64,000 nucleotides of DNA, from assembly GCA_964016885.1 (NCBI GenBank), contig OZ024741.1:92504001-92568000 (forward strand). The letters are read 5' to 3'. Made by a program: the position numbers and the translations under genes. Below the pieces are notes generated by a model. The model searched no databases. It had not been told where the DNA came from and worked only from the letters and a program-made list of their open reading frames with translations. Of this stretch, positions 18,098 to 29,190 are shown in pieces. This stretch comes from Eledone cirrhosa (taxonomy: Eukaryota). Within the stretch, counting starts at the first letter, position 1. Every line of letters begins with the position of its first letter.

Positions 18098-18404
18098 TTC
18101 AGTCCTGGGTGTCCTTTTACATATTGGATCACAGGCCTCGCCCACCAGGACTGAACAAAGTCTGATTCCCCGCCTTGGGTCCTATTCCCCACTTAGACTC
18201 AACTCACCTTCCCAATGTCTCTCATACCCCGTCCATTATCACACCCCTAGATTCCTATCACTTTCTCTTTATCATTAGCAGCTTCTCTTACAACTAATGC
18301 ATGCCGACTATATATGCTCACTCCCCTTTTCCCTTCACTGCTCTGTATACACACATACACACCCTTATATTAACATACTTTTGCTCATAGCTTCGTACTT
18401 ACAT

Positions 18405-18471
<67 letters not shown>

Positions 18472-18770
18472 AAATCATACACAAAACGGCAGCACCAACA
18501 GTTTTGCAAGAGATGTAAACATGAATGGACCTGTTATTTTTATCTGAAACGTTAAGACCCTCTTCCTGCTATATCAAGCGTTAACCTATTATATACCTTC
18601 CATATACTGTACCGATTGTGTTGTTATTTCTGTTTACCTTTTACATACATATATATATATATATAGTGAGAGAGAGAGAGTGCACTGGAAGGTAATATCC
18701 GAAATGGTAGAACACTCAGTCCATGGGACGAGTTTGGTATAAGTAGTAACACAACAGTTAGTTCACCATA

Positions 18771-18811
18771 CCGAGAACAATTGTTTCACCTTATGCGGAT
18801 CTTCAGCTCGG
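18771..18811 (-). ncRNA. Type I hammerhead in the 3' region of a decayed PLE
   Basis: CCGAG-CUGAAGA-U-CC(GCAUAA)GG-U-GAA-ACAAUUGU-U-CUCGG with distal ACCA/UGGU pairing. It is sense to, and ~100 nt downstream of, an endonuclease remnant. Confidence 0.8.
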
Positions 18812-18869
18812 ACTGGTCGTGGTTATACGGAACAGGAAGAACAACCGTATGAACGCGCGTGCACAACGA

Positions 18870-19050
18870 TTGGATGAAGGACGTGAGAAGATTTCGTTTC
18901 TTGAATTTAGGCAATCGCTAATCTCCTTAGGTTATTTATCCTTTCTTCAATGCACAGTCCACAAGACGGATTGCGTCTTGCGTATGGCTTAGACTCAGTG
19001 ATGGCTTTCCATTGAATGGAGTAGTCTCTACAGGAGTCCTTGAGGGACAG
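18870..19050 (-). pseudogene. Decayed PLE endonuclease C-terminus
   Basis: LKD...DYSIQWK...KPY...CGLCIEE aligns with LKN...YTINWS...KTY...CGLCDLE of the full ORF. Confidence 0.7.
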
Positions 19051-19316
19051 TGAAAATGAATCGAATGAGCTGATCAGTGGTGAAACGCGCGTCACCAACC
19101 AATAAAGCGGTTTTTGACTCAAGAAATAAATCGCTTATCATTGTATATCCTTGGTGATCAACAGTAGGTACAATGAAAGTAATTCCTGGAGTATATATAG
19201 ATTGTTAAATCACATGAATGCCCCAGTTCATAATTGAAGGATTGACATTTATCACGTACCACCTGTTGATCCTTCAATTGCGAAAGTGATGTATTCGTGT
19301 GATTTATTAATTTATA

Positions 19317-19414
<98 letters not shown>

Positions 19415-19514
19415 CCCCGGGTTCAATCAGAGGTAACCACAGTAAGTAAGGTACATGATGATTTCCTTCGAATGAAACAGTTCTAGCCCTGTAGAAGTCA
19501 TTTCTATATTAAAT

Positions 19515-19552
<38 letters not shown>

Positions 19553-19562
19553 GAGAGAGAGA

Positions 19563-20129
19563 GAGAGAAGTACACATAGAGATATGTGTTCAATCTCCGT
19601 TTTTTAATTTGATTTATTGGCTCCTAATTCACTTCTATATGTAAGTAGAGCTTCTTAAGTTAAATAGTTTTGAGCTGCTGTTTTTAGCGGTATTTTGGTC
19701 TATTCACACCACCATGGGCTATAAAATGCACATGTTTTTCTCTATGCCATGTGTGCTTCTCTTCTTAGTTCTCTGATATATTTTTAGAAGTGTTGATCGT
19801 ATTGATAGGCACCCGCTGATGAGTCACATCTACAATATGTATTCTTCACTTTTTATAGCGAAACATACTCTAATTTGAGCATGTCCGGGTGTTATTGTTA
19901 TAATTGGATGGTTAGTATACTTTAATTTATTCTTTTAATTGATTTGTATTCACCATTCCCTCCGTAGATAATATGTTCGTCACTCTGGTGGTTTTTTATC
20001 TCCTATGATTGAACACATATCTCTGTGTACTTCTCTCTATATGTTGATTTATAAAGAGCCCGGAATCTATACCTTGAACTCATTAAATTATAGGGGATTA
20101 ATGTGAGTCTTTAACTCCGTTTTTTAATT
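19563..20129 (+). mobile_element. ~520-bp non-coding HHR unit with terminal redundancy and short 5' inversion
   Basis: CTCCGTTTTTTAATT occurs at ~19595 and ~20115. 19563-19595 is the reverse complement of ~20008-20038. Microsatellites flank both sides. Confidence 0.7.
19810..19891 (+). ncRNA. Type I hammerhead with a full stem III
   Basis: CACCCG-CUGAUGA-G...C-GAA-ACAUACUC(UAAUUU)GAGCAUGU-C-CGGGUG with a GUC triplet. Stem II is weak with a long loop. Confidence 0.8.
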
Positions 20130-20148
20130 GTGTGCGTGTGTGTGTGTG

Positions 20149-20231
<83 letters not shown>

Positions 20232-20524
20232 ATAAATAAAATAAATAAAAATAGAGATAGAAATAGAAGAGGAGTGAATACATTTTTCGTTAAAGACGTT
20301 GTTTTCGAATTCTCCCTCTTTTTTTATTGCATGTGAAAGAGTTGGTCGTATCTACGGTCGCGGAACTTTTTGCTAATACGGTCCCACGTTGTCACATATA
20401 TTTGCCATCATGATTTTCCAGTGAATTACGTATATGGTATATGTATTTGGAACATTCAGCTGATGGAACGACTAAGTGCGAATCATCAGAACTGACGGGG
20501 AACCTATCATTATTAACCAGCTTA

Positions 20525-20900
20525 CGATCTGAGGCCCTTTACTATCTGAGTTCAAATCCCGCCGAGGTTCACTTTGCCTTTCATCCTTACAGGGTCGATA
20601 AAATAAAGTACCAGTAATGCACTGGGTAATTGCTGGCCTTGTGCCTAAAGTAGAAACAATTATTAACCAGCTTAACTAGAGCGGTGAATTGTCAGAATCG
20701 GTAGAGCGTCGGACACCATGCTTTTCAGCATAGTTATACCCCTTTACGTTCTGAGTTCAAATCCCACCGGGGTTAGCTTTGCGTTTCATCCTTACGGGGT
20801 CGATAAATTAAAGCACCAGTAATGCACTGAGGTCGATGTAATCGACTTTCCTCTCCCCCAAAAATTGCTGGCCTTGTGCCTAAAGTAGAAATCATTATTA
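20525..20900 (+). mobile_element. Two tandem tRNA-derived SINEs (Meta-core-like)
   Basis: B-box GAGTTCAAATCCC followed by CTTTGCCTTTCATCC...GGGTCGATAAA..AAGTACCAG and TTGCTGGCCTTGTGCCTAAA...ATTATT. The same family recurs many times in the window. Confidence 0.8.
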
Positions 20901-21306
20901 ACCAACTTAACTATGGAACGAAATCGAAGATATATCTACTTGAGGAAGGAGCCCCGTGCGGTGGAGTAACTGTAACAGTAGGGTATATCTGGTCATCCTC
21001 TGCTGCAATGGCTTTGCCATTTTATCCGTGCAGCTGAAACTCAGCTCAGACTAGGGTGTAGAGCCTGTCACCCCACTAACCCTCTTCCTCTCTTTTGTTG
21101 CTTTTTTCTTACTCTTTTCTTCTCTTTTTTTGTTTCTTTATTGCTATGTATATTGTACAGTTTGTTTACTACTAGATATTTTATATTGAAATAAATGTTG
21201 AGGTAACGTTGTCAAAGAAAAGAAGTTAGATAAAACTAACAGAGCCACAGCTATTACTAACCAATAAGCTGGGCATTAAAATGAATTTTAATTTGTTATG
21301 TTTCAG

Positions 21307-21446
21307 TTTCCGGAATTTGAATTGGTTTTGGGTGCCCATTGTCGGACCCTTGTTAGGAAGTTTCCTGGGTTGGTTATTTTACCATGCTTTTGTTGCTCAC
21401 CACTGGCCTGAATCGGATAATTTGTCAGATTTCCTCTCTTCCACAG
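21307..21446 (+). CDS. Aquaglyceroporin (AQP3/7/9/10-type MIP) exon encoding TM6 and the C-tail
   Basis: Acceptor TTTCAG; FRNLNWFWVPIVGPLLGSFLGWLFYHAFVAHHWP matches the WxWVPxVxPxxG...Y...HWP signature of aquaglyceroporins. Donor CAG/GTAAAT, or read-through to the stop at 21469. No upstream NPA exons were found in the window. Confidence 0.88.
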
Positions 21447-22834
21447 GTAAATATGAAGGTCAAAAGTAATATGTATGTGATTATTTTGCAATGTCCCATA
21501 CCTGGGTTATATACATTCTACGTGAGTACGTTATTTTACCAAATCATGTATGTACCATAACTCCTGGTAGTCATAGTGACGCTGTAGTGACATACGGCGT
21601 TTTTAGGGGGGGGGGGGGCATTTTTTATACCTGGTGGAGCCCATCTCCTCTTCAGGTCTAAACACGGCAGATTTCTTTCGGGGAAAGAGGAGTGATAAAA
21701 AAGAAGTGTGAAAGAGATATCGAAGAAGAATCGACCCCAGTACTGAATTGGAACTTTCTTTTATTAACCTCGAAAATATTAAAAGTAAGTTGGCCTCAGG
21801 GGAATTTGAACACAGAGCTCCGAGTCGGAACAAATACCGCAAAATATTCTATCCGACGTTATAACGACTCTGCCAATTCGCTGCCATACGATACGCTGTA
21901 CCTGTGTTATACACACGTGCGCGCATATATATCTATACATATATATAAAACTGAAGTTGTGTGTGTGTGTCCTAATTTTGCAGTATTAATGTTACAAGCA
22001 GTATTAATGTTTCATTTCTTCGAATAATAGGGTGGTTGTCTTCTGTGCCTACTATAACTCTTTCCACCTCTGCAATTACGTTTATCTCTGTTTGAAGCAT
22101 TCCGTTACCCGGCAAGCTGAAGATCGTAAGCTCCCCGATAGGTTTAACAATTTTTTTTTTTTTTTTGTAGTTATTGAAGTTGATGTTGTTTTTGCTGATG
22201 TTTACACCCAGGTCAGCTTTCATAAAATAGACGTATTATCAGAAGCGTTCCGTCGGTGATCATCCTGTCTTTTTTAATACAATCTAGTTACTAGAATATA
22301 TTAAAAAGACAGATTGTACTAGAGTTTAGTACAATCTTTGTGGAACCCAGGATTATCTTTTCGGAACCCCAGTACTACCTTTGCGGACAATCACACTATC
22401 GTTGCAGAATCCCAGTACTACCTTTGCCGACTCCCAGCAATCCCTTGGCCCCAGACTGGGAACCACTGACACAGAAGTGTCACCGTTAGCTCGTAATGTC
22501 TTGTTATACTTGTAGGTCCCAACATTGTAACTAACCATATCACAAACTACCCAACTTCTATGGAAAGTATATGGACCCTTGGTACCACAGAGAATAACAT
22601 CAACAAATTTGAGATCGGAGATTAAGAAAGATTTACAACACAGCCGAGGTATTCAAATTTAGATAATTCTTTATTCTTTTCTTTATTTATATATTTTCTA
22701 CGTCTGGGTTTCCTACATCTTATAAATTTATTTCTTCGCCGCTTAGTAAGTTCGAAATGTCGAGGTTCATACTCTGTTTGCTTATATTTTCAAAAGCTGT
22801 TTGATTCAGCGACTCATTCTCCAGCGGAATCCTG

Positions 22835-23110
22835 GTGCTGTCTACGACAAACCCAGGCTCTTCTGCACTTCGGGCTGAAGATGGTAAACTCTCCGAGTAT
22901 TGGTCGCTTTCCGACAGGTTTGCAGTCGAGACTCTGACAGTGGAGACTTCTGGTGTCTTTGGCCCTAGGGCTACCTCCCTATTCACCATCATAGGCGCTG
23001 AGCTGACTAGTCGCAGATGTGAGCCTCGGAAGATGGAATGGTTCTTCCAGCACATCTCCCTCACAATCCTCCGGAGAAACGCCTTCTCCATTCTGTCCGC
23101 CGGGGCCGTG
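22835..23110 (+). mobile_element. 3' fragment of a CRE-clade (restriction-like endonuclease) non-LTR retrotransposon
   Basis: PGSSALRAEDGKLSEY...VETSGVFGPRA...IG...QHISLTILRRNAFSIL resembles the K..KY...ET.G..G...QR.S.A..RGNA pattern of RLE C-termini. Confidence 0.7.
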
Positions 23111-23747
23111 GGGCGGCCAGCGCGTGGGACCCCATTTGCTCATAATAGTGAAAGATAGGTGAGCGAGAGAGATGGGGTCGATGACAATGGGGGTTCGGCT
23201 CCTTTATATTCAGACCTGGTGTACGTGTGTGGGTATGCTCTTCCTGTTGTTGTTGTTGTTACTGTGTATATTATAACCGATATTAACAACAAACTCTGAT
23301 CTCTTATTATAAGGGAAATAATCCTTTGCCAGAATAACATATTGGTAAATAAGGCTATTTTCTTCCTATTTACATATTTTAATAAACTCCGAAACAAGAA
23401 AGAACTGAAGTCATGGTCAACCTCATTTGTTAGAAGATATTTTGCCCTACATTTAATCATTAGTAAATATTTGTTGTTATTCACCATTACTTACAAATAT
23501 GAAAGCCCACATCCTATCATTCAGCTCCTTATTTAGACGGTAAGATGTTGTCAGCGATCCATTAGCTCAGTGGTTAGAACACCTATTCGGTATCTGTGTG
23601 TGTGTGTGTGTGTGTGTGTGTAACAATAAAAATAAAAGGTGACGTATAGAAATCAAAATAATATCTATACATAGAAATTACTCAACAGGTAGGCAAATCA
23701 GATCAGCAACTAAGATAGAGCTAAGAAGGCCAAAGTTAAACAGAAAA

Positions 23748-25205
23748 ATGAATGGAAAAACAACAACCATACCCAAACAAACAATACTGACTTATATAAA
23801 TGGCGGTACAAATGATGCACTTCTACTTATAGAATATAAAAAATTTAATATAGAAAGAACTAGAAAACAATTGCATAAGACATTCAAAAACTTTAACCTT
23901 AGTATCACCATGGACAAAAACACTAAAAATGTTAACTTCCTAGACGCCACACTATACCTAGACTCAAAAATATATACACCTTTCCATAAGCCTAACGAGA
24001 AACTTATTTATGTAGATACCAAGTCTAATCACCCTAGATCAATATTAAACTCTATCTCTAAGGGGGTGTCCAATAGAATCTCTAGTCTGTCCTATGACGC
24101 AAACATATTTAGCAAAAACTCACAATATTACAATCAAGCATTAGCTAGCTCCGGCCATAATATAGAAATTGAGTTCCTACCTAAGAAAACACATAGCTAC
24201 AACATCATCTCGCACAACATGTCCATGAGGAAACCTAATAATAGGAATAGCAACCACAAGTACACCAAAGCGGAGGGTGCCACCGGAAGTAACCATTACC
24301 ATGGAAACTACTGTGGTGCCTTAGGAAGAAGCAACACACCAAACACTAAAAGCAAAAATAGAAGAAGAAATAATACATTTTTCAACCCTCCTTTCAACCT
24401 AAATGTCTCCACCAACATACCTAGGGCTTTCTTCTCACTACTAGATAAAAACTTCCCTCTAGGACACAAGTACCACAACCTCTTAAACAAAAACACCATT
24501 AAAATCTCATACTCTACGACGCCTAACTTAGCATACCACATAGCTAGCAGCAATAATAGTAAAATTAATTCTTACTTCCAACAAACAAAATCACAACAGG
24601 ATGCAAACCCTCTAAATACCTCTGTAGCAAGCAACCATAGCAACGGCAGTAACAATAGAAATAACACTAGTATAAGTAATAACACCAGGGTTGACAACCC
24701 GAACGCCAAAAATCCTATAGCTACCACACAGACTTCCGCACTGCATTATAACCAGCAGACTAATGCACAGGATAATTGTAACTGTAGAGCTAATAGAACC
24801 TGCCCTTTAGATAAAAAATGCCTAACCAAGGATATCATATACTCATGCACCGTCACGACTAGCAACTCTTCAGAAACCTATGTAGGCTCCACTTCTAACT
24901 GCTTCAAAATCAGATATAATTCGCACATCCACTCGTTCAAAAAGCACAGCCTAGCCAACTCCACCTCACTTTCTAGCTACATACACTATCTAAAAACTAA
25001 AAATAAACCATACACACTCAAATGGGAAGTGATAGGCAGCGCAACCTCGTACAAACCACCTAATAAATTTTGTAACCTCTGTATACTAGAGACACACAAT
25101 ATTATCTTCTCCAACCGTAACCTACTTAACAAAAAATCTGAGGTGTTTGCAACTTGCCAGCACCGCTTCAGACATTCCTTCCAAAACTTTAAGCCCAATA
25201 TATAG
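23748..25205 (+). pseudogene. PLE RT thumb, linker and GIY-YIG endonuclease; RT active site degenerate
   Basis: VNFLDATL, FHKPNE, SNHP, FFNPPF, CNCRANRTC, IIY...YVG, CNLC and CQH. GGTNDALL stands where GGIYRDDTLL is expected. Confidence 0.88.
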
Positions 25206-26900
25206 CAATGTCGGACTGGAACCAAACACCACATCTAGCATCAAACACCAGAGGCACACCTTATACTACATACCCAACACTAACTGATCTAATATAACAC
25301 AAACAACGACATCCCTCTGGAACCCTTCGCAGGGAGAATACCCATTTATACCTCTACGTCAGGTGTGACAACATCCACCCACTTGAACTGCACTACACCG
25401 CTCTATAGGTAATTTAAGCATGAATTGATCGGTTTGATAGTGTTGTGCCGAGGAAGCACCTTCCTTAGACAGATGAAAAACGATTTAATCTAGTAACGCT
25501 GTTGAGCAGTAGGACCAGGATGCTGAACGCAGTGAGTGAATGCATTGCAACTGGCGTGCGGGTTGTACATATATGGATGATCTGGCTGTCAGAGAGGGGT
25601 CGTGAGGACTGCGGATTGACCTCTGGCCAGCCTGGAGATGATTATCTTTCGACATCCAATGTAGCAAGCGATGACCCAGAACTTACCAGAGATCATTGGG
25701 TCCTGAAGCAATCCTGCAATCACCGTGCCTGGTCCTATGAGTAGACTACAACCACAGAGATCATTAATTTAGAATCCTCGCTCATCATCTATAATATCCA
25801 TTTGTGGCACCTTACGATGGGGGTTAATCCACCATAATAATATGAACACCTTCAGCATAACTTAATTAAACTACTCTATAGTTAATACACTTTATGCTTT
25901 AAAAATGTTTTGGAGGATGCGCATCACCATAGAAATTAGGGTCTATATTGTGACACATTTTAATAGCTAGGTATAGAAACCCCGGAGTTACCTCCCCGCA
26001 TGCATTAACTCCCCTTAGCCACACACACACTTCCGGGTGGTATTCAATGTCGTTTCTCGAAACGTAACAGCCTCCTGTATTGAACTAAAGAACATCAGAC
26101 TACGATTCTCTAACTGGATTGTCAAACGCTCAATATCGAATTGTCGTGGATTATGTGAGGGGCATATAATCGAAAAATACACTCCCCTGACCATGAAAAT
26201 GTCGAAGTACATGAAATACTTGACATCCCTTCGCTGTGCATCTCCAATACTTTTAACACTTTTAATGCTTGCACTATTTTTAATATTTTTAATGCTTATA
26301 ACATTTCTCCACACACAGACTATATCAATCATATAAAGAATTTACCACCAGATCTACCAACCTAACACTCTTGTTTACCTACCTAAGTGCCTCTACCACA
26401 CATATCTCTCTGCCACACTATATAAACAAGACGCACATGCTTGCCACACATATAACATTTGCACTATATAACCGCTTATCTTCATGTTGTATTTTAACCT
26501 GTATTTTTTATTTTTGATTGTACCTCTTAATATGAATGTAATCTCGAAGTGTGTACTGCCACTCTAAATTCTGTAATGAATGTTGACCCACAATATTTGC
26601 ATATGTATCGGTATGTCTCTTGGCTGAAAAGGAGGTCATATAACTGTCCATGCATTAATAAATTGCTCCGAAGAATCCAAACCTCGGTTTGGAGGAAACA
26701 GCTGTAAGCACAATAATGTTTTGAACAGTTCTTTGATTCTTATATTTCATATAACTGCTCTGTAAATCATCTGATGTTTTTACATTGAGCTACTTAACTT
26801 ACTGGTAATAAGGTAGTAATACATTACTGCCTACCACTATTTAGGGTGTGTATATGAAAAATACTTATAACTGCATAAGGTTTTGTATTTACATAACCAT
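23790..26900 (+). mobile_element. Third PLE family, 5'-truncated, with long 3' region and HHR
   Basis: The ORF ending at 25205 is homologous to the full PLE ORF. The HHR is at 26664-26710. Element ends are approximate. Confidence 0.82.
26664..26710 (+). ncRNA. pLTR hammerhead motif with CCGAAGA core
   Basis: UGCU-CCGAAGA-A-UCCAAACC(UC)GGUUUGGA-G-GAA-ACAGCUGU-A-AGCA. Confidence 0.75.
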
Positions 26901-26919
26901 AAATAGTATAACTAATACT

Positions 26920-27590
26920 ATATATATATATATATATAAATTTTTTTTAAACACACAAACAGCGGACAACAGAAGCCACGTACCGTTGCTCTCCGACAGA
27001 TAACTTCCCCCCCCCCCCCAGTTGATGGATGCGAATCCAAAATATAGGGACAATTAAATCTCTCCCAAGGTAACTCTATCTTGTGTTATTAGTTTTATTT
27101 TTTACGCTCTTTCCTACGTTCCTCTACACACTATACATCTCATTCTACATTCCCTTACATCTCTCTTTTCACCACCGGATTCTGTTACCCGGAGATTTAC
27201 CCATCTGCATTGTTGAGGCTTCCAAAACGGACCCCAAAAATTTTATTATTCCACAATGCTTCAAGCAAACTTCAATACTCTCATATATATTGGAAGCCTC
27301 AACAATGCAGATGGGTAAATCTCCGGGTAACAGAATCCGGTGGTGAAAAGAGAGATGTAAGGGAATGTAGAATGAGATGTATAGTGTGTAGAGGAACGTA
27401 GGAAAGAGCGTAAAAAATAAAACTAATAACACAAGATAGAGTTACCTTGGGAGAGATTTAATTGTCCCTATATTTTGGATTCGCATCCATCAACTGGGGG
27501 GGGGGGGAGTTATCTGTCGGAGAGCAACGGTACGTGGCTTCTGTTGTCCGCTGTTTGTGTGTTTAAAAAAATTTATATATATATATATAT
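26920..27590. repeat. Long inverted repeat (~300-bp arms, ~65-bp spacer)
   Basis: The arm ending at 27225 (GAGGCTTCCAA) mirrors the arm starting at 27290 (TTGGAAGCCTC). Mirror-image ORFs appear on both strands. Confidence 0.93.
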
Positions 27591-27599
27591 TATATAGTT

Positions 27600-29087
27600 A
27601 TACTTTGGGAGGGTCATGTTGCCAATAAGAAACACACGTAGCAGTTGCTTTCACTTCAATTTATTATAATAAATTTATAAATTTAGGAATTTATAAATTT
27701 CCGGTTGGTTGGTTGGTTCCACAACCAGATGGTTGTTTATATATTGTCAAAGTTCTTTCGTCACACATTCTGTGACCTCTTCAGTGACTGTGGGATCTTT
27801 TCTTTGTTTTTTGTGCCTCTCCTTTGTTCTGTCCTACGCCATCTTGTTTTTGTGTGCGTGTTGTGTGCTTGGTTTGCGCATGTGTTACATCCGGGTGTCT
27901 GTGTGTTTATATTCGTTTATTTATTTGTTTATTTACATGTTACTGGTTGGTTGTTTGTTCTATGTACGTGTGTGTTTTCATTTTTTTTGTCCTTAATTGT
28001 AAGTTGTGATGTTGCTGTTCCACTCATGTTTTCTATTTAATTTTGGTTGTAATTCATTTATGTTTATTGCCTCTGTGATTTGTCTAAACATTGCGTCTTT
28101 TCTGTGTGTAGATTCTATTTTTATTTCTATGTTCTCTAATTTACCCTTATGTTCTATTTTAGCATAGTACAGATGTTAAAGATGTAGAGTACAGATGATT
28201 CTTTACTATCTTGAAGGTCTCGCCAGTGTATACTACGAGCTGTCTCGCCTATGTACACTATATTTTTATCTCTACATTGTCCTTCAGTACATCTTATGCT
28301 ATATACTACATTTCTAGTTTTACAGTTAATATGGGGGCTTAATTTACAGATTATACATTTCTTATCTATACAGGGAGGTCTTTGAAAAGGGTATGTATTG
28401 CTAATAAGTGTTTTTATGGAGGTACCTGGTCTTCCTACTATCTTAATATTGAGTTTATTTTTATCTAGGGCCCTTCTAAATTTGTAAGCTAATTCACCTC
28501 TAGGGGTTGTATCGATGAACATTACATTCTGGTATGTATTGCTATCATACCATGAGTTTATTCTATTAGCCTTATTCCTAGTTCTATTCTATTGCAAAAG
28601 TTGCTCCTATACAAGGTGTAGGTCCCATTTGTGTCATTATTTACCATTTTTTCCCATTTGGTTCTGGCTCCTCTATACACTCTGATTTTATCTCTCTGAT
28701 TGTAACCAGAGAACTGCATACGGTGGATGAAGTGTTGTATGTGTCTCTCTAGTTCTTCGGGGTTGCACATGCGGGACACGTTTCTCATCACCCGTACCAA
28801 ATCCGCAATCAGTATGTTGATTTTGGTATGGTCCGAAACAGCTGAGTTTCGGTGGATCAGATGTTTGGAAGTCATGGGTTTGGCATAATGGGAATGGAGG
28901 ATTTGTTTTTTGTTATTAATGGTATCTAACCATAGCTCTGTGTCTAGTACGGGTAATCGATGGTTGGGGTGTTTGCTTGGGTAGTCTATAGTAACTCTAA
29001 TACTCTGGTGGATGGAGTTAGCTATTTGCTGGATGCTTTCCATTGTGTTTTTCTCTAATTCCTGACTGTTCTCTAGTGGGAGAAATT
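27600..29087 (-). mobile_element. Fourth PLE family (Neptune/Nematis-like), 5'-truncated and frameshifted
   Basis: LPVLDTELW, YAKPM, MQFSGY, MFIDTTPRGELA, linker C-x4-CxxC-x7-C and VVY...YIGETARS. The 3' region carries an HHR. Clade assignment is tentative. Confidence 0.85.
27746..27788 (-). ncRNA. Type I hammerhead (second copy at 46192-46234 -)
   Basis: GUCA-CUGAAGA-G-GUCACA(GAAUG)UGUGAC-GAA-AGAACU-U-UGAC. The second copy differs only at variable N7 (CUGAUGA) and by a C-G to U-G wobble in stem I. Confidence 0.85.
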
Positions 29088-29190
29088 GTAGATAGGTAGA
29101 TTGGAAAGAATGAAGGTAGATGGGTAGGTAGGTAGTAAGGTAGGTGGGTAGCTAAGTAGATTGGTAGGTAAATAGGTAGGTAGATAGATA

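Noticed and set aside
21931-22295. Helitron/Helentron-like non-autonomous element (similar start on - near 47515), and a possible Tc1/mariner end at 46679
   Set aside because: Only generic terminal resemblance. No diagnostic hairpin, second terminus or transposase motif could be confirmed.
23556-23595. tRNA-like 5' half (TAGCTCAGTGGTTAGAAC)
   Set aside because: No anticodon or T arm follows; it runs into (TG)n. At most a SINE head fragment.
27600-29087. Naiad-type selenoprotein PLE with SECIS
   Set aside because: The endonuclease is C-terminal, no in-frame UGA appears at Cys positions, and no SECIS-like stem was found by eye.
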